From: Dendrobates tinctorius
Lineage: Eukaryota
Direction of reading: 5' to 3'
Assembly: GCF_039654945.1 (NCBI RefSeq)
Contig: NW_027361752.1
Span: 27,590,001 to 27,654,000, forward strand
DNA length: 64,000 nucleotides
Below the pieces are notes generated by a model. The model was given only the letters and a program-made list of their open reading frames with translations. It did no database searches and was not told the DNA's origin. The translations under genes and the position numbers were made by a program. This document shows, one piece after another, positions 25,071 to 37,403 of the stretch. Position 1 is the first letter of the stretch; each line of letters opens with the position of its first letter.

Positions 25071-26126
25071 GGCCGGGGTCACACTGGCGAGGAATACGGA
25101 CGAGTGAGAGGCGTTAAAAGCATGCATTACACACAGCCAAATTATTCTCTATGGGTTTGCTCCCAACAGCCGTATATTTCTCTTGCATTTTCTACGGTCC
25201 GTGCCAATTGCAGCATGCTGCGATTGTCAGCATACTACGCCCGTAATACGCCAATGCAAGTCTATGGGTGCGCTAAAAATACGCATTACACATGGACCAC
25301 ACATGTGACTTGCGAGAAATACGCGCCCGGTGTGTTTTACAAAAGCCGGCAATTCAGTACGCTATACAGTAAACTCACACTGACAGGTTTAATAAANNNN
25401 NNNNNNNNNNNNNNNNNNNNNNNNNNNNNNNNNNNNNNNNNNNNNNNNNNNNNNNNNNNNNNNNNNNNNNNNNNNNNNNNNNNNNNNNNNNNNNNNNNNN
25501 NNNNNNNNNNNNNNNNNNNNNNNNNNNTAGCAGAATAGCCGCTAATTAAATTGCTGGCTTCTATCAAATAATTCCCCAACCCGATATGAAATGACACATG
25601 GTTTACATTCAGTAAAGCATTTCATTTCATGTTTTTTTATATGTCCTTGACTAATAATTAGATGAGGGATTGTGTGCAAAATTTGGGAGTTGTAGTTGCT
25701 ATTTTAAGGGGTTAATTCTTTGTTAAAAAATGTGTGGGCTTCCCATTGCCCTATAGTGGTGGCGAGTGGGTTAATCTAACAAAGGGTTAATATCACCATT
25801 CAATTGTAAGGTGACATTAACCCTTTGTTAGATTAACCCATTCGCCACTGCTACAGAGCAATGGGAAGCCCACGCATTTTTTAAAAACGAATTAACCCCT
25901 TAATATAACAACTACAACTCCCAAATTTTGCACACAAACCCGCATCTAATTATTAGTCAAGGACATATAAAAAACATGAAATGAAATGCTTTACTGAATG
26001 TAAACCATGTGTCATTTCATATCGGGTTGGGGAATTATTTGATAGAAGCCGGCAATTTAATTAGCGGCTATTCTGCCATGAAGAACTCTGTGAATTATAA
26101 ATATATATATGTTTATCTCAATGACT

Positions 26127-26178
<52 letters not shown>

Positions 26179-26448
26179 TTCTATGTGTCTATATCTATTA
26201 TTTCGTTTCTGTTAGAAACCCTGTCATAGTGCTCCATTATATGTCCATTTTGCAAGGCGGCGAGAAAATCTCGCCATACGGATTGCATACGGATGCCATA
26301 CGGATTACATACGGATGCTGACATGCACAAAATACGCAACCATACCTTGCATACGGATGACATACGGAGCACTATTTAGGGGTCATTCATCCGTATTATG
26401 CCTGTAAACTACGGACCGTATTTTGCGTCGGTTAGTTTGACCCCGGCC
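25071..26448. mobile_element. Harbinger-type MITE with ~550-bp internal hairpin and (TA)n
   Basis: GGCCGGGGTCACACT / AGTTTGACCCCGGCC termini, flanks ATA / TTA; inverted repeat 25530-26076. Confidence 0.82.
25397..25527. other. Assembly gap (131 N)
   Basis: Run of N. Confidence 1.
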
Positions 26449-26901
26449 TTATGCTCAAATCCAGACTGAGTGAGAGTGTGAGGGTGACTCCGGAAATAGA
26501 TCCCAAGATGTAAAATTTGACCAACACTGGAAAAAGTTGTACGCTAGTGATACAGTACCCTTTTTTGCTATTTAGATTCTGGTGTAATCCATACTGAGCC
26601 TGTGAACATATATTTGTAGATTTAAGATTACCCCAACACTGTATACAGCTGTACGCTTGTGATACCTTACCCATTTACTGCTTTTTATATAGTGGTCTAA
26701 TCCATACTGAGCCAGAGAGAGTCTGTTTCTGACTCTGGAAATATATACTGAGATTTACAATGACCCCTACACTGTATACAGCTGTACGCTTCTGATCCAT
26801 TACCCTTTCACTGCTTTTTATATTGTGTAATCCATACTGACCCTGAAAGCATCTGTGTCTGCCTCCTGAAATAAATAAGGAGATTTATAATGTTTAAACT
26901 A

Positions 26902-29284
26902 TCTAATATATAAAGCTCAAGTGTGTGTATGTATGTATGTGTGTGTGTATGTGTGTGTGTATGTCCGGGATTGGCATCCGCACCGTCGCAGCTACAGCCA
27001 CAAAATTTGGCACTATCACACGTCTGGACCCCGAGAGCGTCCTAGGCTATGTTGTGAGGCGAAATTTTAACCCCGCACTTTCCAATTCACCAAACAATTT
27101 TGCCCCTATCTATATAATGGGGAAAAAGTGTGTGTGTGTGTGTATCAAGCCCCCCCTCATTATGATGTCATAATGGTTGCCATAGTGATGCTGATGTCAT
27201 CATAGGTTGCAAGCCCCGCCGCTCATTATGATGTCATAATGGTTGACTATGGGATGGAGGATGTGTGATGGGTATATGGGCACTGGACTATGGGATGGAG
27301 GATATGTATGATGGGTATATGGGCACGGGACTATGGGATGGAGGATGTGTGATGGGTATATGGGCACTGGACTATGGGATGGCAGATATGTATGATGGGT
27401 ATATGGGCCCGGAACTATGGGATGGATGATATGCATGATGGGTATATGGGCATGGGTCTATGAGATGAAGGATGTGTGATGGGTATATGGGCACTCGACT
27501 ATGGGATGGTGAATATATATGATGGGTATATGGGCATGAGACTATGGGATGGAGGATGTGTGATGGGTATATGGGCACTCGACTATGGGATGGAGAATAT
27601 GGATGATGGGTATATGGGCACGGGCCTATGGAATGGTGGATATGTATGATGGGTATATGGGCACAGGACTATGGGATGGAGGATAATTATAATTTGTTAC
27701 AACTAACCACAGTTAGTTACTATGCCCGGGCAGAGCTAGGCTTTTCAGCTAGTCTAATATATAAAGCTCAAGTGTGTGTATGTATGTATGTGTGTGTGTA
27801 TGTGTGTGTGTGTATGTTCGGGATTGGCATCCACACCGTCGCAGCTACAGCCACAAAATTTGGCACAGTCACACTTCTGGACCCCGGGAGTGTCCTAATC
27901 TATGTTGTGATGCAAAATTTTAACCCCGCATGTTCCAATTCACCAAACAATTTTGCCCCTATCTACATATTGGGGAAAAAGTGAGTGTGTATCAAGCCCC
28001 GCCCCTCATTATGATGTCATAGTGGTTGCCATGGCGATGCTGATGTCATCATAGGTTGCAAGCCCCGCCACTCATTATGATGTTATAATGGTTGACTATG
28101 GGATGGAGGATGTGTGATGGGTATATGGGCACTGGACTATGAGATGGAGGATATGTATGACGGGTATATGGGCACGGGACTATGGGATGGAGGATGTGTG
28201 ATTGGTATACGGGCACTGGACTATGGGATGGAGGATATGTATGATGGGTATGTGGGCATGGGACTATGAGATGAAGGATGTGTGATGGGTATATGGGCAC
28301 GGGACTATGGGATGGAGAATATGTGTGATGGGTATATGGGCACGGGACTATGGGATGGAGGATAATTATAATTTATTATAACTAATCACAGTTAGTTTCT
28401 ATGCCCGGGCAGCGCTGGGCTCTTCAGCTAGTCTAATATATAAAGCTCAAGTGTGTATGTATGTATGTGTGTGTGTATGTCCGGGATTGGCATCTGCACC
28501 ATCGCAGTTACAGCCACAAAATTTGGCACAGTCACACGTCTGGACCCCAAGAGTGTCCTAAGCTATGTTGTGAGGCAAAATTTTAACCCCGCGCGTTCCA
28601 ATTCACCAAACAATTTTGCCCCTATCTACATAATGAGGAAAAAGTGTGTGTGTGTATCAAGCCCCGCCGCTCATTATGATGTCATAATGGTTGACTATGG
28701 GATGGAGGATGTGTGATGGGTATATGGGCACTGGACTATGGGATGGAGGATATGTATGATGGGTATATGGGCATGGGACAATGAGATGAAGGATGTGTGA
28801 TGGGTATATGGGCACTCGACTATGGCATGGCGAATATGTATGATGAGTATATGGGCATGGGACTATGGGATGGAGGATGTGTGATGGGTATATGGGCACT
28901 CGACTATGGGATGGAGGATATGTATGACGCATATATGGGCACGGGACTATGGGATGGAGGATGTGTGATGGCTATATGGGCACTGGACTATGGGATGGAG
29001 GATATGTATGATGGGTATATGGGCACGGGACTATGCGATGGCGGATATGTATGATGGGTATATGGGCACGGGACTATGGGATGGAGAATATGTATGATGG
29101 GTATATGGGCATGGGACTATGAGATGAAGGATGTGTAATGGGTATATGGGCACTCGACTATGGGATGGCGAATATGTATGATGGGTATATGGGCACGGGA
29201 CTATGGGATGGAGGATAATTATAATTTGTTAAAACTAATCACAGTTATTTACTATGCCTTGGCAGCGCCGTTCTCTTCAGATAG
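26902..29284 (+). mobile_element. Three head-to-tail non-autonomous Helitrons (26902-27752, 27753-28431, 28432-29284)
   Basis: Each starts TCTAATATATAAAGCT and ends with a CCCGGGC hairpin plus CTAG (ATAG in the third); inserted between A and T with no TSD; internal 41/43-bp minisatellite. Confidence 0.9.
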
Positions 29285-29430
29285 TACTATATATACCTTG
29301 TATCTGGTGATACAGTAACCTTTTTATGCTTTTATATTCTTGGCTAATGCATACTGGGACTGAGGGCGTCTGTGTTTGCCTCCTGAAATGTCTGCGGAGA
29401 TTTAGAATGTTTAAACTATACTATACATAC

Positions 29431-30227
29431 TGTTGTGAGTTCATTTTCCCCTTCACCATTGAGGTCTGATGAACTCCCTCTTCTGGTGAAGGAAGGTAGT
29501 GAGGCTGATTACCAAGCATCTGGGCAGGATGATGATGACTGGGTGACGGGAATTGCTGACTGGATATAAGGCAGCTGATGCCCTTCTGCCTTGCTGGTGA
29601 TCTCTCTGAGGGATTCTAGGAGACCAGTCTGATTCTTGCTCCTCAAAAGCTAAGTTTTCTGCTCTGTTTTTTGCATTTGTGTTTTGGTTTTGTTTTTCCT
29701 TGTTTTTCTGGATTTCTGCCATTCCCTGCTGGGGTGTGCTGAATTCCTTTTTGCTCTGTCTTCAGAAAATACCTGAGTACTGATATAGTCTTTTTGAAGC
29801 CTAGCGTCTTCAAGGCTTTTTTCCCTATCAGCTGTTGGCTCTTGCTTTGATAGGGTTTTGGCGGATTACAGTCAGCAGCTTTTCTATCCTGTCCTTTGTA
29901 GTTAGCTTGGGCCCCATCGTTTGCTCAGCCTATCTTTCTATCTGTGTGAGTGTTTTTTCATCTTGCTTCACCGTCATTATATGTTGGGGCTGCCTATTGC
30001 TTTGGGGTCTGCTCTGGGGCAGTTTAGATTTCCATTTCTGTCTTTAGGCTATGTAGTTCTCCGGCTGTGATCGAGGGGTCTAGGGCACCGTAGGAACCCC
30101 CCACGGCTACTGCTAGTTGTTGTTGATAGGTTCAGGGGTCTGTAATCCGATAGCTGCCAACTTCTCTGGTTTTCTGGACTTAGCTAGTATTTCTGTTTTT
30201 GCCTCCTACGGTGACTCATTCATAACA
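29431..30227 (+). mobile_element. Solo LTR
   Basis: TGTTGTG...CATAACA termini, TATAAG box, imperfect TSD ACATAC / ATATAC; interrupts a satellite unit. Confidence 0.8.
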
Positions 30228-30875
30228 ATATACCTTGTATCTGGTGATACTGTACCCTTTTCAACTTTTTAGATTATTGTCTAGTTCATACTGAGCCTGT
30301 GAGCATGTGTCTGCCTCCTAAAATACATATGGAGATTTTTTCTATTTTAAGTATACTATATATACCTTGTATCTGTTGATCCAGTACCCTTTGTGCCCGA
30401 AATTCATCCTCCACCCACCACTCAAAGTGTATCATTGACACCTGGAACATTGGCCCACATGTGTGATTATTTCTTGCGGATCTTCTTTTTATATTATGGT
30501 ATGATCCATACTGAGCCTGTGAGAGGCTGTGTGTTACTCTTGAAATATATATGTAGATCGCCAAATGACCCCAACACTGTATACAGCAGTATGCTTGGGA
30601 TCCATTCCCCTTTTACTGCTTTTTATATTGTTGTGTAATCCATACCGGGCCTCAGAGCGTCTGTGTCTGCCTCCAGAAATCAATACGGAGATTTTCAATG
30701 TTGAAACTATACTATATATACCTTGTATCTGGTGATACTGTACCCTTTTTCTACTTTTTAGATTGTTGTCGAATCCAAACTGGCCATGAGAGCGTCTGTG
30801 TCTGCCTCCTCAAATATATACGTAGATTTATAATGCTGAAACAATACAATATATCCCTGTTATCTGGTGTTAAAA

Positions 30876-32158
30876 TGAAACGCCACGCAGGCCCGGGGGT
30901 TACTCAGTACTGTGCCTTTCAGGCTCTTTTAAGGGGGAAGTATGTCACAGAGGTGATTGGGACCCAGTCCATGGCCCTGGGTGTCCAATAAAGAAGATGA
31001 AAGTTCAGATGAGGGGGAAGATGGTATGATAATTAATTTGGAAAAGGGGGATCGTGACGCCACCCGTGGTACTCGGCTAGGGTAGCCGACGCTGCAATGC
31101 AGATCCTCTGGGCCGGTGTTAAAGCAGCCAAGATGATGAAGCTCTCCACGGGCAGAGCTGTATCCCAGGGCAGTTGAGATGGTGTTTGTGAGCCATTGAC
31201 AGTGATGGTGAGTGTAGCGTGTGTAGCAGGCGCGTTGTAAACGACACCAAGGACACAGTTGGGTGCAGTTTCTGAGTTTTTCCTCAAAAGTTTTGTGCAC
31301 AAGATGACCCGCTTGGTACTGTGTCATCTGTGGGAGGGATTCGGCAAACTCCAAGGTAGATTAGGAACACCTGTTCAAGACTCCTCCTTGTGTATTCTTT
31401 CTAGGCTGTGTCTCTGCGCTGATCACTCCCTTCCTTCCTGCTGTGCGCCTTTGCAAACAGTGTCCCAAGCCGGCAGCCACGGATCACACCGGGCTCAGTG
31501 GGTCAGGCTCCGTGGTCCTTTATTCCAACTGCTGCCTTTTGGAGTATTGAATGCGGCTGCGACTGAGGCACTTAAAGTAACCTCAGCCTCCTTTCTACTG
31601 TAGCTAAGCCCTGTATTTCTCCACTACCTTCAGGAGCCACCTTCCCCAACGAGGCCTGGTCCTTCTTTCTCCAGAAACGGGCTTCACAGGTGGCTTATTG
31701 AACTTGCCGTGCCCCAAGGACCCCTTCCTTCCAGTCTAGGACCTTGGACAAGATTTTTCTCTCTTCTCTGACCCTGAGCCTTCTCACAGCAATCCTGCTC
31801 TTACTCTGTCCTGTCACCGACTGACAACTCTCTAGAAAGATCCATTTACCTCAGACTAGCTCCACCCACCCACTGTCACCTTGCTCTCTCTGATTGGATG
31901 CCCACAATCACTCCACTACCTAAGCTATTCCCACTGTACCTACCTTCCACACTAACCCCCAACACCCTTTCCTAGTCAGTTTGGGATGAGGCCATCCTCC
32001 CACTGGGTACACCCAGAAAGCACTGACTAACATGTGTGTGTGTTGAGTGCAGGGTTAGGAGTCCTGAGTGGTGATCCCTCCTCACCTGAGGGTGGGATAC
32101 CACACCTTTGGAAGAGTTGCAGTACCTCTGTGGCGATCGTACCCACAGGGGCGCCATA
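30876..32158 (-). mobile_element. Solo LTR, distant relative of the 43897 family
   Basis: Reverse strand begins TATGGCGCCCCTG..GCCACAGAGGTACTGCA and ends ..GTGGCGTTTCA; no clear TSD. Confidence 0.72.
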
Positions 32159-32474
32159 GTACCCTTTCTCAACTTTCGATATTGTTGTCGGATCCATACT
32201 GGGCCTGAGAGCGTCTGTGTTTGCCTCCTGAAATGTATACGGAGATTCAGTATGTTTAAATGATACTATATATACCTTGTATCTAGCGATACTGTACCCT
32301 TTTGCAAATATTTATACAGCATTATTGTCTAATCCATACTGAGCCTGTGACCGTCTGTGTCTGACTCATGAAATATATATGGAGATTTACAATTATCCCT
32401 AGACTGTATAGAGCTGTCTGCTTCTGAAACAGTACCATATATCTGCTGGTATTATGAGTCCATTTTCACAAAAA

Positions 32475-33122
32475 ATTATTAAGTATGGTGGAAGAGGCCG
32501 CGGACATGGGTGTGGGGGGCCAGCTGGTACTGATGGTGGTGGTGGTGCAGCTGCTGGTAGTGCCAAAAGCACAATAGCAGCTAAGGCAGGAGGTGTTGAG
32601 CCTGCATCATCAGCTGGCACAAGAAGGCCTTTAAGGCTCCTTTTCTGGGAGTAGGTAAACTGCTTTTAAAGCTGGAGCATCAGGAACTGGTTTTGCCTTA
32701 CATTGCCGAAAAAGCCTCCAGCTCTAGCGCCTCCTCTTCTGAAGTTTAAAAAAATGCAAGCACTGAGTCATCAGTGCAGGCTTCTGGTCAGGAACCACCC
32801 CTTTCCTTGTCTCTTTCACCCCCCACTAAAAGTGAAGGATGTGGCAGCCCACACTTCAGATTACTCCATGGAGCTCTTTCACATGCCATGCCTGTGTTAT
32901 CAAGTGAAATTCTGAAATTCTGAATTCCCCAGTCGAACATGAATTGAAGATGGCGTGCACTGATGCACAGCCACTGCTAGATGATTCTGCTGGTACATTG
33001 ACCCACAGCACTACATTCCACTCGCACTCTACAGAGCCAGAATGTGACACTCATGAAACTCAAGTACCCCTTCCTGCATACTATACCACCTTACACGGTG
33101 ACACAGAGGAAGGTGCAGATGA
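32475..33122 (+). pseudogene. hAT transposase copy 3, 5' fragment only
   Basis: Colinear with 17068-17722 (KYGGRGRG..PAYYTTLHGDTEEGAD); start codon mutated to ATT. Confidence 0.88.
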
Positions 33123-33539
33123 AAGTGCCGGTTCCCTGAGCAGGTGGGGGGGTCCTACTCGTGGGTGACAGCAATGGAACAGGGCCCCTCATAGTACGCA
33201 AAAGTGTCTCTGCTGGTGGGAGGGCCCACTTGTCGTCAGACATATCGTTATACTATGAGGGGCCCTTTGTCAGTGCCGTCGCCCATGAGTGGGTCCCCCA
33301 TGCTTGCTCAGGGCCACAGCACTTGCAATACTTACCTCTCCCTGCTCCCCTGTCGTGACGTCTTCCGCCTTTCCTGACAGTGACATTCAGGTTAGAGAGC
33401 GCGATGACAACATGTCTGTATGCCCTCTACCGAAACAGTAGAAGTGCAGAGTGCTTGAAGATGGCAATGCTGAGGAGTCCAGAGTAGAGCAGTGCCCAGC
33501 GAGGAGAGGTATTTAATTTTTTTAAATGTTGGGAGCATT

Positions 33540-34030
33540 TTTTGGGGAGCAATATACACTGGAGAATGACATATGGGGCCCATCATTCACTGGAGCATCA
33601 TCCATTTGGCCCATCATATACTGGAGCATTCCAAATGTGGGATATCAGACAATGGAGCAGCATTTACGGGGCCCATTATACACTGGAGCATTAGAAATGG
33701 GGCCCATTATATATGGAGCGTTATTTGGTTCCATAACACACTGGAGCATCGTCCATGGGGACCAACATATTCTGGAGCATTCCAAATGGGGGACATCAGA
33801 CACTTGAGCAGCATTTACGGGGCCCATTATACACTGGAGCATTAGAAATGGGGCCCATTATATATGGAGCATTATTTGGGCCCATAAGACAGTGGAGCAT
33901 CATCCATGGGGACCAACATATACTGTAGCATTATGTGGAGCTCATCATATACTGTATGGAACATTAGATGGGACCAATTATTCTGTATGGAGAAATATAT
34001 GGGGCTCATTATTCTGTATGGCGCACTAGG
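33540..34030. repeat. Degenerate ~30-bp minisatellite (GGGGCCCATTATACACTGGAGCATT) in the hAT 3' region
   Basis: Direct reading. Confidence 0.8.
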
Positions 34031-35017
34031 TGGTGGCCATAACACTGTAAGGAGTAATATACTACCCGTATTTGAGCTATTGTAGAATTTAAAATAGATA
34101 TCAGTCATGTCATGTAAGCAGTGAAGTATTTTTCATTGTACTATACCTATATTTCTGTGCCGTATCGGAGCATTATGAATTGTGGTTTGTGTTAAAAGGG
34201 CGCACTGACACTCTTTGGCCCAGGGCACACGAAAACCTGGCGCCAGCCCTACCCCCCCACAGCTTTAGCCAAATAACCCCCAGTTTTCAATGTGTAACTA
34301 TTAGTATAAAGTAAATTAAGGTTGAAAGGCTTAAGTAATAAGAATTGATGTTGTTGACATTGAAATGGGCACTGTAGGTGTGTTTACTGTCCTCCACTCC
34401 CTGACAAACTTTGCATCCCCATTGACTTGGATTGGGTTTCGTGTTTCAGTCGGACCCCGACTTTTCCCTATAGTCGGCCGATTTCGTTCGACCCGACTTT
34501 TAAGAAAGTCAGGTTTCATGAAACCCGACTCGACCCGAAAAAAGGCAAAGTCGCTCATCTCTACTAAAGAAGTAAAACTGTGTAAGAAATATATAATTCA
34601 TTATCTGCATATATGTGATCCTGACATGAGAATTGCTGTAAATGGAGTAAAAATTATTCCATAAATATAAAATTAGAAGGCATGGTGTCTGGGACATATT
34701 AGCAAAATGGACTGTAAGCCATTACCATATAGTACAAAGTGAAGCTGCAGAAGCTGAGAAATCCATTGTGTTTACTAATGTGACACATTTTACAACCTTC
34801 GTAGATTAGTATATTAATATTAGATGAGTTGAAGACATCACTATTTTTCTTAATCTCATAACGGAAAAACAAAATCTTTTAAGAGTTTCGAAATAACAAG
34901 AAAAACAAAAACAAATTTGCTACCAAGGTGTTAAAAATGCCTAAATGTGTGGATATTCTCAATATAAATATTATGTATATACAGTATATTATACAGTATA
35001 TATACAGTAATTATACA

Positions 35018-35290
35018 CATTGGGGTAAAAAGTATTTAGTCAACCACGAACTGTGTAAATTCTCCCACTTAAAGAGATGAGAGAGGCCTGTAATTGACAT
35101 CATAGGTAGACCACAACTATGAGAGTCAAAATGAGAAAACAAATCAAGAAAATCACCTTGTCTGATTTGGCAAGATTTATTTTGCAAATTATGGTGGAAA
35201 ATAAGTATTAGGTCATTAACAAAAGTTCATCTCAATATTTTGTTATATATCCTTTGTTGGCAATGACAGAGGTCAAATGCTTTCTGTAAG
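35018..35290. mobile_element. Tc1-like transposon terminal fragment
   Basis: CATTGGGGTAAAAAGTATTTAGTCA with an inner repeat AAATAAGTATTAGGTCA ~190 bp further in, as in IR/DR Tc1 ends. Confidence 0.7.
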
Positions 35291-35470
35291 AGGATTCAGC
35301 ACTCTTGACTGTGATAACAAGACGATGCATTTGCTTCATATTTTCAGCTTATACCAGGACTCCCTCCCAGTCCTTTGCCCTGCTGGACTTTCGTATATGG
35401 CCTTTAGCCCTTCCCGTATACTCACTCCGCTGTGGCCTCTCCTATTTCTACCATGCGCTCTGTCTTAAGT

Positions 35471-35512
35471 GAGGTTTGAAAAAGACCCAACACAGGGTCG
35501 AAACGTTACCTC
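35471..35512 (+). ncRNA. Minimal type I hammerhead ribozyme variant (U3:A8) in a Penelope pLTR-like relic (~35291-35910)
   Basis: GAGGT-TTGAAAA-A-GACCC-aacaca-GGGTC-GAAACGTT-ACCTC: stem I GAGGT/ACCTC, stem II GACCC/GGGTC, palindromic stem III; AATAAA ~30 nt downstream. Confidence 0.7.
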
Positions 35513-35759
35513 AAAACTTTATTACTTCTGTGGTGACTTCAATAAATTCTTTTACTTGCATTTGAAAAAATAATATTTTGGGTGCGGCTGTGTCCTTATC
35601 ATTTTATCATTTTTCATTGTACTATACCTATATTTCTGTGCCGTATCAGAGCATTATGAATTGTGGTTTGTGTTAAAAGGGCGCACTGACACTCTTTGGC
35701 CCAGGGCACACGAAAACCTGGCGCCAGCCCTACCCCCCCTCAACTTTAGCCAAATATTG

Positions 35760-35832
35760 AAATGTAAAGTGCTGCGTAATATGTCAGCGCTATAGAAATA
35801 AAATTTATTATTTATTAATATTATTATTATTA
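35760..35832 (+). mobile_element. L2 LINE/SINE 3' tail
   Basis: TGTAAAGTGCTGCGTAATATGTCAGCGCTATAGAAATAAA followed by (TTA)n. Confidence 0.7.
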
Positions 35833-36366
35833 TGACTTTTCTGGACTAGCTCCAGGTTTAGCCTGCACCTACCTCCTACCTACAGAGTGCACACCATTCT
35901 CCACACAAATTTTTTGTGATAGCAAGATGCACAAAAGAACAAATGGGATGGTGAAGAGCAGAGGTGTCGGAGAGGTGAGCTGTAAGGATGGTATAAGCAT
36001 TTTTCTTTTTTTTTTTTACATTTTTTGTTTGATGCCTCTGTAGATCCTAGAGAATAAATATGTTATATTGAATTCACAAAGAATAACTTAGCTGTTTATC
36101 AAATTTCTTGGGAAAATCAATGAAAATTGGAAAATCATAATTTTGCCAGATTCATTCATCTCTAGTGAATACTATTTTTCTGTATACGGATGCATCTATC
36201 TTTCATCTTCTTGAATTTGGTTAAGGAGTCCAATTTATCACCAAAAAGTCATAGATATATTTCTACTTGCTTGCAATTTTTTTTCTTACAAACCTATTCT
36301 TCTCAAGTCACTCATCTATGCAGTACTAGAAGTTATGGAAAGAAAGGTCATAAATCAATACATACC

Positions 36367-36390
<24 letters not shown>

Positions 36391-36397
<7 letters not shown>

Positions 36398-37365
36398 CGT
36401 CAGGTTCCTGCCACTGCACAGCAGGAATCCAGAGCCATGCATTCGACGATCTCCCATTCTCCTTTGGCCGCAGAGGAGCTTGCTCAGCAGTCTCGTCGTT
36501 CCCGACGCTCTGCTCAGACCAGCTCTGTGGGTCTGGCTGCTGCTGCCATCTCTGGGCCAGCAATAGCAACGCAGGCTGCTCAGCAGCAAGCCACTCCAGA
36601 GGCTAAGTCCTTCCGTCTCTCTACTGAGCATGCACATGGGACGATCTCCCTATTGAGATCAGGAGTCACATGCACAGGTGCTTCTCCTGTTCTGATAGGT
36701 CCATCTGGAGCATCAGGAAGGTCCCGAAAGTGCACGGCTATAAAAGGTCCGCTTGGCTGCTCGGCCATGTGCTAGTGTAGACTCTAGTTGCTACATGTGT
36801 GAATGATGACAGATGCATGAACCTGGTGAATGACTCATTAAGATTCCCTTCCCTTGGATATTACATGTGTGGATAGGGAACTAGAGATAGAGTCAGTGCC
36901 AGTTAGTGGCTAGCTACAGGCCACAGTGCATATCATTCCCCTCCTACTAGTGTCCGATAGTGTGGTCTTTTACAGGGCATTATCGTACTGCAGCAGTGTC
37001 TGTCACCTCACTGCAATCTGCAGCAGTTATTGGCGTTTGCGGTTGCGATGCCGCATGCACGGTAGGTCTAGAGGGATGCTGACCCTGTGTACTGGGCCAG
37101 AGTCATGTGACTATATACCGAGCATGCATCTCGCTGAGCACTGTGAGCTTGAACAGGCTCGGCATTTGTGTTTAGCGGTTCGGTGACTCTGTGATGTAAC
37201 AGAGTCTGCCCAGCGCACACCGGGTGACGTTCAACCCGCATGTGTTATACCGCCATATTGAGCGTCTGCCACTACTTAACAGCAGCGTAACACCTCTTCA
37301 CGGTGGACCCCAGGCGGCGAACGCACCTACTATTATTTTATAATTTGGTGTGTTCCGCCAGCCCT

Positions 37366-37369
<4 letters not shown>
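36391..37369 (+). mobile_element. Solo LTR inserted in a (TA)n tract
   Basis: TATTAGA..(for TGTTAG) to ..CCCTAACA, TATAAAA at ~36739, (TA)n on both flanks; homologous to 5226-6128. Confidence 0.85.

Positions 37370-37403
<34 letters not shown>

Larger units (their letters stand above)
14646..34563 (+). mobile_element. Large composite hAT unit (~19.9 kb) between matching termini
   Basis: Left TAGAGTTGAGCGA, right TCGCTCATCTCTA, both with subterminal GTCGG/CCGAC repeats; flanks GTAAAGAC / CTAAAGAA (6 of 8 match); contains two transposase copies. Confidence 0.65.

Noticed and set aside
25104-25597. ORFs spanning the gap
   Set aside because: Artefact of the N run inside a MITE.
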